IMG/VR virus record: IMGVR_UViG_3300049793_000366
Coordinates: 62,001 to 126,000 of that record
Strand: one strand, 5' to 3'
DNA: 64,000 nt
In this document: positions 37,880-47,614 of the stretch, one piece after another
Layout: every line of letters starts with the position of its first letter
Numbering within the stretch: position 1 is the first letter of the stretch
Notes under the pieces: generated by a model
Told to the model about the DNA's origin: nothing
Databases searched by the model: none
What the model saw: the letters and a program-made list of their open reading frames with translations, nothing else
Position numbers and translations under genes: made by a program

Positions 37880-39426
37880 GTACATTCTGGACAATCTCTG
37901 TCACCTTCACCGTGACATACACCACAGTCTACTTTACCATCACCGCTACATGAATCACATGATAGTATGTTTGTTCCGTCACAGTTAGTACAGGTTTTTT
38001 TACCTGTGTTGTTACATTCTTCGCATCCATTACCGGAACATTCTGTACATTCTACCACGCCTGTTTCTTCACAGAAATAACAATCTGTTTCACCGCTACC
38101 ATTACAATCAGTACATGATTTGGTACCATTGCCATGACAGCTTGTACATTCGATAGCTTGTGTATTATCGCAGTATCTACAAACACCATTTGTACCATCT
38201 TGAGATTCTAACTTCCAAGCTGTTTCACCATAGTCAGCAATGACGCTCTTTTTATTTGATGCTTGTGTTGTATCAGGGTTGAAGAATTTTAAGGAATCCA
38301 TATATGGTAATTCCCAATACTCTTTAAAATTATCAAATGTTAATCTTAATGTAGCATCGGATATACTTGACTTACCTTCTAAATTAAATATCTCTGTTGA
38401 TTGTTGTAATTGTTTATAATACCAACCTCTATCTTTAGCATAGTTTGTAAATTGAATTATATCAGAGTCTTCATTTGTGTATATTCTATCCATAAATGTT
38501 ATCTTCTCTGAACCACCATCAGTGATGAGTTCAACATTCCATAACAATGCTCTACCTTTTATCTTCTCAGATACAGGCTCTAATAGAATAAGCATTTTGA
38601 CTTGATTCTCATTCTCAGTATATAATTGGAAAAATGTTTGACAGCTATCATATTTCATACAAGAGTTACCAAGTGACCCACCTTGTGAGTAGTAAGTATC
38701 TTCTGAATAATATGTTCGTATATCTTCGCCTTTGACTGTCTCGAAATTTCTAAATTTATCTTTAAGTATTTTAAATGTAGCCTTATATTGATTAACAAAA
38801 TCTTCAATTTGCTTATCAGTTGCTTTATATCCACCAATTTGTAATAATCTATTAACTAAGCGACCAACCTTAATTGGATTTCTACCCTTAGTCATCTTTG
38901 TAATCTCGCTGTACTGGTCAATATATCTCACAGCCGCGTCATTTTCATCAGAAGCATATACTGAATCAACTTGTTCATTATCGTTGCTTAAATCAGCTTT
39001 AAAGTGTACTATATCAACATCACCGTATTTCTCATCTTTAGCCCAACCCTTTGTTCCTATTTGATGTGGTTGATATACTTTTCCTTTTAGATTCAACTGT
39101 CTGAACATATCAGTGTGAGTTGTGTATGCTCTACTAGGATTAATCAAAATAGCTCTTCTCCAACCCTTTTCTGATGTCGGTGGTTTAGCCACTAAATCAT
39201 CAGTTTTAGCATCAGGTATGAAGCTTAATTGGTCTTCACTATCAGTAACGTCTATATAATTGATGTCGGTATCTTTATCATCCGAGTTCATAGCTAATAA
39301 CTCAGTAGATATCTCTGATTTAATTCGCTTAAGTGTTTCTACAAATTCATCCGAAAAGTAAATAACGGACTCGTCAAGTCTCAGTAATAAACTTTCTACA
39401 ATAAAATCATTATACCTATTAATCAT
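37876..39426 (-). CDS. Leader-bearing protein with a conserved phage domain and C-terminal DnaJ-type CxxCxGxG zinc repeats
   Basis: MINRYNDFIVES leader; NSCM...VKMLIL...GRALLW...FMDRIY core shared with 52810-54216; about 8 CxxCxGxG-like units at the C-terminus. Confidence 0.75.
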   Translation of the reverse strand: MINRYNDFIVESLLLRLDESVIYFSDEFVETLKRIKSEISTELLAMNSDDKDTDINYIDVTDSEDQLSFIPDAKTDDLVAKPPTSEKGWRRAILINPSRAYTTHTDMFRQLNLKGKVYQPHQIGTKGWAKDEKYGDVDIVHFKADLSNDNEQVDSVYASDENDAAVRYIDQYSEITKMTKGRNPIKVGRLVNRLLQIGGYKATDKQIEDFVNQYKATFKILKDKFRNFETVKGEDIRTYYSEDTYYSQGGSLGNSCMKYDSCQTFFQLYTENENQVKMLILLEPVSEKIKGRALLWNVELITDGGSEKITFMDRIYTNEDSDIIQFTNYAKDRGWYYKQLQQSTEIFNLEGKSSISDATLRLTFDNFKEYWELPYMDSLKFFNPDTTQASNKKSVIADYGETAWKLESQDGTNGVCRYCDNTQAIECTSCHGNGTKSCTDCNGSGETDCYFCEETGVVECTECSGNGCEECNNTGKKTCTNCDGTNILSCDSCSGDGKVDCGVCHGEGDRDCPECT

Positions 39427-39437
39427 ATTGTTATATA

Positions 39438-40100
39438 TTAAATATGTACTGATAATTTATCAGCCTTAATGTATCTATTTACATAGCTACAAAGTGGTCT
39501 TAAGTTTGAGTAATGGTTTAATCTATAAACATCACTTTCTGTTATAGCCGATGATACTGGTATTATGTGGTCTAAATCCCATCCGTAATTTAACTCACCA
39601 TTATATTTGCCCCAATTTTCCCAACTCATCCACGGTTCAAATTTAGATTCTATATAAATCTTAAACTCAATAGGGCTTAGTCCTATAATTTCATGAGTTC
39701 TATTGCTTTTTATATGTCCTCTTTTTCTAAGAACTGCCCTTATTGAGTCTGATATGGTTTCTTTCAATCTATTACTTATGTTTGACATCCTACTTTTGTG
39801 TAGTTTATCCTTATTGATTAATCTATAATTTAAATTTTTTGCTAAAATAACATCCCTGTTTTTAAGGTAATGTTCATGTTTATACTTCTTTAGTACTTCT
39901 TTGTCTATTTTGCGTTTTTCCCTATTATATTTATTCACTCTATTCTTTTCCTTATCTATGTTCTTCTGTCTATACGTATCATAATATACTTTACAACAAT
40001 CTTTACAATTTATTTTAAGACCATCCTTTTTATGTTTATCGGTTGTATAATGTGTTATTTCTTTGTCCTCTTTACACGTTGAGCATACTTTCATATTCAT
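39438..40100 (-). mobile_element. Free-standing HNH homing endonuclease
   Basis: N-terminal CSTC...CKDC, C-terminal WMSWENWG...WDLDHIIP...LNHYSNLRPL; divergent from the polymerase gene. Confidence 0.8.
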
Positions 40101-40133
40101 ATACTATATATTGATATTGAGTATCTATGGGTA

Positions 40134-40161
40134 AAACTTTCTCACAAACAATTTGTATAAT
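40134..40161 (+). promoter_or_regulatory. Candidate middle (ECF-sigma) promoter of polB
   Basis: AAACTT-N16-TATAAT. Confidence 0.65.
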
Positions 40162-40181
40162 ACTAAAATAAAATACTAAAA

Positions 40182-41699
40182 TTGTTAATCGATACTCAAT
40201 ACCTGGCTCATTCAAAACAGCTACTAGCTTCATATGTTGACGCAAGTGGTCAAATAAAACATAAGTACTTTAAGTGGGATGACCCACGAAAGTATGAGAT
40301 TTGTGACGTATCAGATAAACACAAGCATCCAACATTTCGCTCTTGGGATGGATATCCAGTAAAACAAGTGGAAGTATCTCATCCTGATAGATATGCTATT
40401 TATGAATTTTTGGACTCTTTACCAAAAGAACAAAAAGCTGAAATTTTTGACTACCATTTACCTAAAATGTACTTTGTCGATATTGAGGTTGCTCAGAAGC
40501 CAGAAGGTGGATTCTCTGAACCAAAAGATGCGGAGTGCCCAATTATATCTATATCAGTTGTATATGATGATAAAATCATATTAATGGGTACTGATGAAAT
40601 GCCAAAAGAAATGCAAACTCGAATAATCGAAAAAACAAATGATTATTTTAAGAAGTTTGGTGTTGAATATAAATTCAAATACATGAAGTATGATGATGAG
40701 TTCGATATGATGAGACATTTCTTTGAACACTATATTCCTAAAATGCCTTTAATCACTGGTTGGAATTTCGTTGGCTATGACTGGGTATATATGGTTAATA
40801 GATGTAGACGCTTAAAGAAAGTCATCAATGGTATCACTAATCACATTGACCCTGCTATTTCTTCTTTTACAAAACGTTTAAATAAAATATTCTTAACAGA
40901 GCAAGAAATGCCTGCTCATAGAATGATTTTTGACTATATGCAATTGTATGAAATATGTGATACATCTGTTAAGGTTAAAGAATCATCATCATTAGATTTC
41001 GTATCTACTGCTCTATTAGGTGTTAATAAGATTAAATATACTGGTTCATTACAGAAGTTATATGAAGATGATTTTGAAACATTCATGTACTACAACTGTG
41101 TCGATTCAATTCTTGTTCAGAAAATACACGAGAAAACAAACTACATATCAATTGTATTTGCGATTTCCTCATTGGCTCAAATAAAAATTGTAGACGTTAT
41201 TTCCAACTTAAATAATGCGCTTGGTTCATTAGCTATCACTGAAGGTGTATTGCGTAATAGATTCCGTGAGCAAGATAACATTGTTCTATTTAAAGACCAT
41301 TCGGTTAAGGAGGTAGCGGTTGATGCTTCTAAAATTGAGGGTGGATGGGTTAAAGACCCAAGAGTTGGGATGAATCAGTGGGTTGTATGTTATGACTTTG
41401 CTTCTCTATATCCAACTACACAAAGACAGTTTTATATCGCACCAGAGACATTCGTAGGTATTGTTGATAAGAAAGACCCATCCTTCGCTGAATATGGTTC
41501 TCGTGTTACTAAAATAGAACCAGATAAGCACGTAGTTTGTGTGAATGGTGTTGTATTCGAAAAACGTCCGTCACCAACATTACGAATGTTGGAAGATGTT
41601 TATGCTGACCGTAAGAAAGCTAAGAAGGTAATGATGGGTAAAAAGGACGAATATTATAAAGTTTTGGAAGAAATTAAACAATTAGAGGATAGTTTATAA
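40182..41699 (+). CDS. Family B DNA polymerase, N-terminal subunit of a split enzyme
   Basis: Exo I FVDIEV, Exo II GWNFVGYD, Exo III YNCVDS, motif A CYDFASLYP and DRKKAK; ends before the KxxxNSxYG and YGDTDS motifs. Confidence 0.88.
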   Translation: MLIDTQYLAHSKQLLASYVDASGQIKHKYFKWDDPRKYEICDVSDKHKHPTFRSWDGYPVKQVEVSHPDRYAIYEFLDSLPKEQKAEIFDYHLPKMYFVDIEVAQKPEGGFSEPKDAECPIISISVVYDDKIILMGTDEMPKEMQTRIIEKTNDYFKKFGVEYKFKYMKYDDEFDMMRHFFEHYIPKMPLITGWNFVGYDWVYMVNRCRRLKKVINGITNHIDPAISSFTKRLNKIFLTEQEMPAHRMIFDYMQLYEICDTSVKVKESSSLDFVSTALLGVNKIKYTGSLQKLYEDDFETFMYYNCVDSILVQKIHEKTNYISIVFAISSLAQIKIVDVISNLNNALGSLAITEGVLRNRFREQDNIVLFKDHSVKEVAVDASKIEGGWVKDPRVGMNQWVVCYDFASLYPTTQRQFYIAPETFVGIVDKKDPSFAEYGSRVTKIEPDKHVVCVNGVVFEKRPSPTLRMLEDVYADRKKAKKVMMGKKDEYYKVLEEIKQLEDSL

Positions 41700-41720
41700 A
41701 ATTTTTAGTATATTTGTATC

Positions 41721-42404
41721 ATGGATGTAAAATCATTTAATAATTATAATATGGACAAAGTTGATATTTTCGGTGATTCTCAAGTAGGACCTGCTAAAGT
41801 TTTGAAAACTGAACCATATGGTGAAGGATTTGTAGTGTACACAAATGCTGGTGGATTCTATATAAGTGAAAAAACTTGCCCATCTATTGTTGTGGATAGT
41901 GGTGTTTTAATAAAACCACATCTTGATTACACATATGTGTTCGATACTGATTCAAAAACCATCGTTGATATTGCGATGTCAACGGTTGATTTGTTGATAT
42001 TTCATAAGAACTCAAATAGTTTACAATTACTTGCTATAAAAAGAGGACACCCGCCATTCGTTGGTTCATGGGCTAATCCGGGTGGTAACATTGATGAAAG
42101 CGAAGCACCAATACAAGCGGCTATTCGTGAATTGGAAGAAGAAACGAGTGTTATTCTATCTGATACTGATTTGAAATTCATCGGTAAGTTTGATAAGCCT
42201 TGGAGAGATCCAAGAAGTAAAATATGCGTTAGTTATGCTTTCGCTTGTGTTTTATCAGAGAAGCCAGCTACCGTAGCTCAGGATGATGCCGATGATGTTA
42301 CTTGGTTAGATATTGTTGATGGTAAAATTCTTAATAATGGTGTAGCTGTTGAAATGGCTTTTGACCACGAAGAGATTATTAAATCAGCACTTACACTAAT
42401 TTAA
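41721..42404 (+). CDS. Nudix hydrolase (ADP-ribose pyrophosphatase-like)
   Basis: Nudix box GGNIDESEAPIQAAIRELEEET, plus RDPR and AFDH; TATATTTG at 41709-41716. Confidence 0.88.
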   Translation: MDVKSFNNYNMDKVDIFGDSQVGPAKVLKTEPYGEGFVVYTNAGGFYISEKTCPSIVVDSGVLIKPHLDYTYVFDTDSKTIVDIAMSTVDLLIFHKNSNSLQLLAIKRGHPPFVGSWANPGGNIDESEAPIQAAIRELEEETSVILSDTDLKFIGKFDKPWRDPRSKICVSYAFACVLSEKPATVAQDDADDVTWLDIVDGKILNNGVAVEMAFDHEEIIKSALTLI

Positions 42405-42967
42405 TCAATTATTGTGTTTTTGTCTATTATACTTAAGTAGAGTTCAGATATAACGAACTTACCAGTAGATAATAATTTAACAAATTCTGAGAACATTTCT
42501 TTAGTTGCGTAGTTTCTACTAGTTTCCTCGTTAAACTCTTCATCATATACTTCAAATAAGGTTATAACTAAGTCTAATCCAATATCCGATAGCTTCTTAT
42601 AAGCATTGAGTAAAGCATTCACAAACTTATCACTGATAAAATCAACCTCTCCACCTTCATCAATATGTCTTATATCATTGGTGATTTTATATTTAAATTC
42701 GTGTATTATTAAATGACCACCATCTTTGGTGTGTGTCCTACCGAAAATGACATTATCTATCATCTTTGCTGAACCGTGTGTCATAAAGTCATCCTGTACT
42801 AAATCATAATCATCCATTAATATACTCAGGCATTCTTCTATTCTTGGTTTTAATTCCTTAATAGTTCTCTCAAGTAGCTCTTCACGCTCTTGCTCTATGC
42901 GCTTTTCGATACTTATTAGTTCCATATTTTTATCTCTAATAAATCCTTCGTATAGCTTAATTTTCAT
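42401..42967 (-). CDS. Hypothetical protein with capsid-targeting-like leader
   Basis: MKIKLYEGF; AATATATA at 43004-43011 on the minus strand. Confidence 0.6.
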   Translation of the reverse strand: MKIKLYEGFIRDKNMELISIEKRIEQEREELLERTIKELKPRIEECLSILMDDYDLVQDDFMTHGSAKMIDNVIFGRTHTKDGGHLIIHEFKYKITNDIRHIDEGGEVDFISDKFVNALLNAYKKLSDIGLDLVITLFEVYDEEFNEETSRNYATKEMFSEFVKLLSTGKFVISELYLSIIDKNTIID

Positions 42968-43013
42968 AAATATTTAGTATATTTGTTTGTATAACTCTTG
43001 ATGTATATATTAA

Positions 43014-43040
43014 AAACTTACGCTAATTATTAAATATAAC
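43014..43040 (+). promoter_or_regulatory. Candidate middle promoter of the helicase
   Basis: AAACTT-N15-TATAAC. Confidence 0.45.
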
Positions 43041-43044
43041 ATCA

Positions 43045-44715
43045 ATGAGAGACCTTAAGAAAGACCTAAAATACAAACCGCGTAAGGAACAACAAGAATC
43101 ACTTGATTTTGTAGGCGATATTTTCAAAAATAAACCAAATTATAAACATATTCTACTTGATTTACCAGTGGGTATTGGTAAGTCATATCTTGCTCTTATG
43201 GTTGCTGATTGGTATCAAAAGAACATCGACAAGAGTGCTAAGTTTGATATCCTAACAAATTCAAAATATCTTCAAGAGCAATACACTGATGAATTTCAGT
43301 CTATACAATCACTATCAGGAAAGGATAATTTCAATTGTGACCAATATGCTTGTTCTTGCGCCCAGGGTAAAGAATTCAATCGTTTAAATAAAACATCTTG
43401 TGATTCTTGTCCATATGATAGAGCAAAAGCTGGTTTCGTAACTGGTGATGTTTCTCTTACTAACTTTCACTTGTATATTCTATATGCATTGTATATGCCA
43501 GAATTTCTAAAGGGTAGAGGTGCTAAGGTTTTGATTATTGATGAGGCACATGATTTTGACCAAATATTCTCAGACTTTATTTCTATTTCAATCACTGAGC
43601 CATTAGTTAAACGATTGAGATTTTCTAATGATACTCAGATTATAAGCGACCTTAATAAGGTTAAAACAGTTAATGATTATGTTAGTTTTCTTAAGGATTT
43701 ACTTGGTGAGATTAAGCAAACTGTTTCTGAAATAGAGAAAGTTCTTGGTACTTCAAATAAAAACACTAAAATAACAAAGCGCAACCAGAAGGTGAGTAAA
43801 GTTTTAAGTGAAAGAACATCTGATGTTAAATTAATGTCAACCATAGCTGATTTAAATCAGTTAGAGTTGAAGATTGAAGTATTCTTAAAGGAGTTTAAAG
43901 AAGAACCTGAGAATTGGGTATTAGAAAGTTCATATAATGAAAAAACAAGACAGAAATCATTATCACTTGAACCAATATGGGCATATAACTACTTAGATAA
44001 GTATATTTGGTCTAACTACGACCATATTATTATGATGTCTGGGACAATTCTTGATAAGAATTTATTCTGTTATCTCAATGGTTTAGATGTTACGCAAACC
44101 GCGTACTATTCAATACCATCACCGTTTCCTGCTACGAATAGACCAATCTATTATATGCCGGTTGCTCGAATGACGTATCAGAACAAGGAAGCGGCATTTA
44201 AGCAATACGTACCATATATCGATAAGTTATTATCCAAATATCAAAATCATAAAGGAATTATACACACGAATTCATTTGAATTAGCCAATTGGATAAAACG
44301 TGATGTGAAAGATAAAAGGCTTCTATTTCACGAGTCTGATACCAAGTCTGAAATATTACGTCAGCACTTTGATACTGATAAACCAACAGTTGTTGTTAGT
44401 CCTTCGGTTTCTACTGGTGTATCATTTGATAATGACCGAAGTAGATTTCAAGTAATTGCTAAAATTCCATTTCCATCATTAGCTTCACAGAAGAATAAGA
44501 TGCGTCAGAAAATGATGCCTGATTGGTATAGTTGGAGAACAGTGGCTACGATGATTCAAATGACTGGTCGTTCAGTTCGTTCATTTAACGATTATGCTGA
44601 TACTATTATAATTGATGGATGTTTCTCTGATATTATGAAGTACTCAAGCCATTTGCTACCTGGTTACATACAGGATGCTATTAAGAAGATTAATGTTAAT
44701 GCGACATCCAAATAG
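43045..44715 (+). CDS. DinG/XPD-like SF2 helicase
   Basis: PVGIGKS, Cys cluster (CDQYACSC...CDSCPY), IIDEAH, MMSGT, STGVSF and QMTGRSVR. Confidence 0.88.
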   Translation: MRDLKKDLKYKPRKEQQESLDFVGDIFKNKPNYKHILLDLPVGIGKSYLALMVADWYQKNIDKSAKFDILTNSKYLQEQYTDEFQSIQSLSGKDNFNCDQYACSCAQGKEFNRLNKTSCDSCPYDRAKAGFVTGDVSLTNFHLYILYALYMPEFLKGRGAKVLIIDEAHDFDQIFSDFISISITEPLVKRLRFSNDTQIISDLNKVKTVNDYVSFLKDLLGEIKQTVSEIEKVLGTSNKNTKITKRNQKVSKVLSERTSDVKLMSTIADLNQLELKIEVFLKEFKEEPENWVLESSYNEKTRQKSLSLEPIWAYNYLDKYIWSNYDHIIMMSGTILDKNLFCYLNGLDVTQTAYYSIPSPFPATNRPIYYMPVARMTYQNKEAAFKQYVPYIDKLLSKYQNHKGIIHTNSFELANWIKRDVKDKRLLFHESDTKSEILRQHFDTDKPTVVVSPSVSTGVSFDNDRSRFQVIAKIPFPSLASQKNKMRQKMMPDWYSWRTVATMIQMTGRSVRSFNDYADTIIIDGCFSDIMKYSSHLLPGYIQDAIKKINVNATSK

Positions 44716-45193
44716 AAGCTAATTCTATTATTCTTGTTTCCGGTACTTTAAGGAAGAAATTAATATTATTCTCATCACCTAATCGATAATGAATCATATC
44801 TAAATTTAGAGCTTTCTTGGCTCTCAATTTAAGATTCTCGCGAGCATTTTGGTCAAACATACGACCTTCTAATTTAATAGACCTAAAGTAATAAGTGTCA
44901 AACTTATCAGTATCGGATATTTTATTTAAATAGAATGGTGAACGCGATGATAGAAACTCAGGTAAAACTTCACCAATGCTATTGATAAACCCATTTCTTG
45001 TGTACTTAGGATAAATGCCTTTATTAAATGTGTGAAATAATTCAACATCGTATAGTAATTCAACATCATAATCATCATATATGGGTTGCATTAACTGAGT
45101 AAAGTCAGCATCATTAATAGCATCGCCTCTAAGTATTTCAATTACTTGTTTTTCTGTAACAGATTCGTTAAAAGATTTCCAATTTTTAATCAT
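44696..45193 (-). CDS. Hypothetical protein with capsid-targeting-like leader
   Basis: MIKNWKSFNES. Confidence 0.6.
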   Translation of the reverse strand: MIKNWKSFNESVTEKQVIEILRGDAINDADFTQLMQPIYDDYDVELLYDVELFHTFNKGIYPKYTRNGFINSIGEVLPEFLSSRSPFYLNKISDTDKFDTYYFRSIKLEGRMFDQNARENLKLRAKKALNLDMIHYRLGDENNINFFLKVPETRIIELASIWMSH

Positions 45194-45197
45194 CGTA

Positions 45198-45812
45198 TTA
45201 GTTTTTTATAGGGCAATGTGCCGCTGAGTAGATATAGCTATGATTTAACTTTACTATTAACCCGAATGATTCTGCGGCTGTAACAACATCATCTAAACAC
45301 TCGTTATCAGCACCGCCTACAATATAAACAGTTTGTCCTTTCAATGATTCAAATAATTTATGTAGCTTCTTAGGAACGTGCATCCATTGATGTTTATTAC
45401 CGATATAAACAAGAGGTGTTGAATATTTAGTCCAAATAACATCACCTTTCTTATAAGTTTTCTTGCTTAACTCTTTCCAATTCTCTATGATGTTTTTGAA
45501 ATGCTCAATATCAACATCATATTTATATCTTTTTTCTATAAATTGCTTCTGGTTAGGAAAGTCATACAAATCTATACCATCATTATTACTTTGATATGGG
45601 TCATATAAATATGTTTTATCTTTATCTTTTCCTTCGAAATGATTATCCCATATTTGATATACGTTGGTGAATTGTGAAGCATATTCCTTCAGTCTATGTA
45701 TATACATTTCAGTAAAAAACTTCTTAAAAGCTGGTTGTACATCAACTATAATTAGATTCTGATTAGGATTGCTATTTTCCTTAAATATTCTATATGGTAC
45801 CAAGCTTTTCAT
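45198..45812 (-). CDS. Isochorismatase/nicotinamidase-like cysteine hydrolase
   Basis: LIIVDVQP and IVGGADNECL motifs; leader MKSLVPYRIFKEN; AATATATA at 45817-45824. Confidence 0.7.
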   Translation of the reverse strand: MKSLVPYRIFKENSNPNQNLIIVDVQPAFKKFFTEMYIHRLKEYASQFTNVYQIWDNHFEGKDKDKTYLYDPYQSNNDGIDLYDFPNQKQFIEKRYKYDVDIEHFKNIIENWKELSKKTYKKGDVIWTKYSTPLVYIGNKHQWMHVPKKLHKLFESLKGQTVYIVGGADNECLDDVVTAAESFGLIVKLNHSYIYSAAHCPIKN

Positions 45813-45830
45813 GTAGTATATATTAAAACA

Positions 45831-45855
45831 AAAAGCGAGTCTTTCGACTCGCTTA
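45831..45855 (-). terminator. Intrinsic terminator
   Basis: AAAAAGCGAGTC-TTTC-GACTCGCTT. Confidence 0.8.
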
Positions 45856-45881
45856 ATTTGAACAAATATTATTGATTAAAA

Positions 45882-46475
45882 TTATTGAGGTAATTCCTCA
45901 TTGCTTTCACCTTCTTGAGATTCTTCTTCTTTAACTTCCTCAGTTTCTTCTACTTTCTCTTCTGTTGATTCAACGTTTTCATCAACGCTTTCTTCAACAC
46001 TTTCGAAACCACCTTGTGATTCAACAGTTGGTTCAGTTTGTGCTTGGACTTGCGCCTGAGCCTGACCTTCTGGTTGAGATTGAATAGAAACTTCTGGTTG
46101 TTCTGGTTGTTCTTGTACCTGTGCTTGAGCTTGACCCTGAGCTGGTGGAACTTGAGCAACTGGTTGTCCAGGCTGTCCAGGTTTTACTTCACCTCCAACA
46201 AGCGCTGCTGTTGGGATAGCATCAGAATTAACAAAAGTTTGGTTTACATATTTAATGATTTCCTCAGCGATGTCTTGGTCACCATAGAAGTTTCTAAGAT
46301 CCTTACCGCTTTCGTCTTTTACTTTTTTAATTACTTGATTGATAAGTGATTTAGGGATGTCCACAACAGCTTTAACTTTGTAGATATCGTTTACCTGCAT
46401 CACAGATTCTTGAATTGCGTCACCTAATCTTTTTTTGATTTGGAAGCTTTCAAATTTTGAAACGTGTTTTTTCAT
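45882..46475 (-). CDS. Leader-bearing protein with a Gln/Glu-rich low-complexity tail
   Basis: MKKHVSKFESF; QPGQP, QAQAQ and EE-rich C-terminal half. Confidence 0.65.
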   Translation of the reverse strand: MKKHVSKFESFQIKKRLGDAIQESVMQVNDIYKVKAVVDIPKSLINQVIKKVKDESGKDLRNFYGDQDIAEEIIKYVNQTFVNSDAIPTAALVGGEVKPGQPGQPVAQVPPAQGQAQAQVQEQPEQPEVSIQSQPEGQAQAQVQAQTEPTVESQGGFESVEESVDENVESTEEKVEETEEVKEEESQEGESNEELPQ

Positions 46476-46546
46476 ATTAATCAATATTTTTTGTTATTTG
46501 TAGTATTATATATTAAATTGAAAAACTCAATTTTCATACATTATCA

Positions 46547-47044
46547 TTAAAGAATAAGCAACGCCAGTAAAACTATTATAGCGGCTCCACCACCAATGAA
46601 TCCACCTATCTTTTGTCGCTTATGCTTTTGTATTTGTTCGTCCTTTTCGCCTATTATAAGGTCTTTCTTCGCTAATTCTTCTTTACTAAGCGCATCCTTT
46701 GCCTTATATTCGGCAACTTGTGACTTAAGATTAGTGATTTCTTCTGTTTTAGTTTTATCCAATGACTGTAATGCTGATATCTGTACTTTTAAACCAGCGA
46801 TTTCTTTACCCTGAGCATCAACAACTTTGATACAAGCAGAGTCAACACTATTGAAATCAGCATTTAACTGTTTGAATAATTTAAGAAGTTCTCCGTCATT
46901 ATCAAGCTTTTGAGCTTGTTCGATAGTCATAACAACTACTTGTTTACCATTCTCAACTGAGTAATGTGGATATGTGATAGTATCTTGTGCGTTAGAAATG
47001 AATACAGACAAGAATAGAAGTATTGTGAATAATAATCTTTTCAT
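46547..47044 (-). CDS. Secreted coiled-coil protein with C-terminal membrane anchor (candidate spanin partner)
   Basis: Signal peptide MKRLLFTILLFLSVFISNA/QD, long coiled coil, C-terminal IGGFIGGGAAIIVLLALLIL. Confidence 0.55.
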   Translation of the reverse strand: MKRLLFTILLFLSVFISNAQDTITYPHYSVENGKQVVVMTIEQAQKLDNDGELLKLFKQLNADFNSVDSACIKVVDAQGKEIAGLKVQISALQSLDKTKTEEITNLKSQVAEYKAKDALSKEELAKKDLIIGEKDEQIQKHKRQKIGGFIGGGAAIIVLLALLIL

Positions 47045-47045
47045 C

Positions 47046-47462
47046 TTATTTTGTTTTATTTTTTAGTGAATTAAGTAAATCATCACCTTCTCGTTTAACT
47101 GGATTCTTAAGTAACTCAGCTATTTTGTCCTGCGTCTCTTTTAGCTTTTTCCTAGTTTCTTCAAGTCCCTTTTGTGCATAAGCTACCTGATTGGCTAACA
47201 ATACGTTACCTCTTGCTAGGTCTTCAACCAGTTGAGTTTTAACCGCGATGGTAGCTTCTAAATCTTTCTGTTGGTCTTGTAACACTTTGATGTTAGCATC
47301 TCTTTGTGCTTTCTCTTTCTGAATTAGTTCAATCTGACCTTCTAATTCTTTGATTTTTGATTTGGCAACGTCATCTCCTTTGAAATACCATTTACCCACA
47401 AATACCAATGATATGATTAGTAAAACTACTATAATCCAGCTTTTTACGTCTAATTTCTTCAT
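47046..47462 (-). CDS. N-anchored coiled-coil membrane protein (i-spanin-like)
   Basis: Single N-terminal hydrophobic helix followed by about 100 aa of heptad coiled coil; AATATATA at 47496-47503. Confidence 0.6.
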   Translation of the reverse strand: MKKLDVKSWIIVVLLIISLVFVGKWYFKGDDVAKSKIKELEGQIELIQKEKAQRDANIKVLQDQQKDLEATIAVKTQLVEDLARGNVLLANQVAYAQKGLEETRKKLKETQDKIAELLKNPVKREGDDLLNSLKNKTK

Positions 47463-47551
47463 ATTTTTAATATTTTTTGATATATTGACTTTTGGTATAT
47501 ATTACGAATTGCTATATTCGTCAAAAAATGTCCAATATTCTGGTTAAAATA

Positions 47552-47583
47552 TTTGGTTTTCTGATATTAATTTACGATATTTG
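47552..47583 (+). promoter_or_regulatory. Near-consensus Bacteroidota promoter
   Basis: TTTG-N20-GATATTTG upstream of the HAD gene. Confidence 0.55.
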
Positions 47584-47614
47584 TAATCACAATTAAATAA
47601 AATAGCGGACATAA

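Noticed and set aside
41640-41760. Frameshifted or intron-split continuation of polB
   Set aside because: The next gene is an intact Nudix hydrolase with its own -7 box. I found no KxxxNSxYG or DTDS in the adjacent ORFs, and there is no room for an intron.
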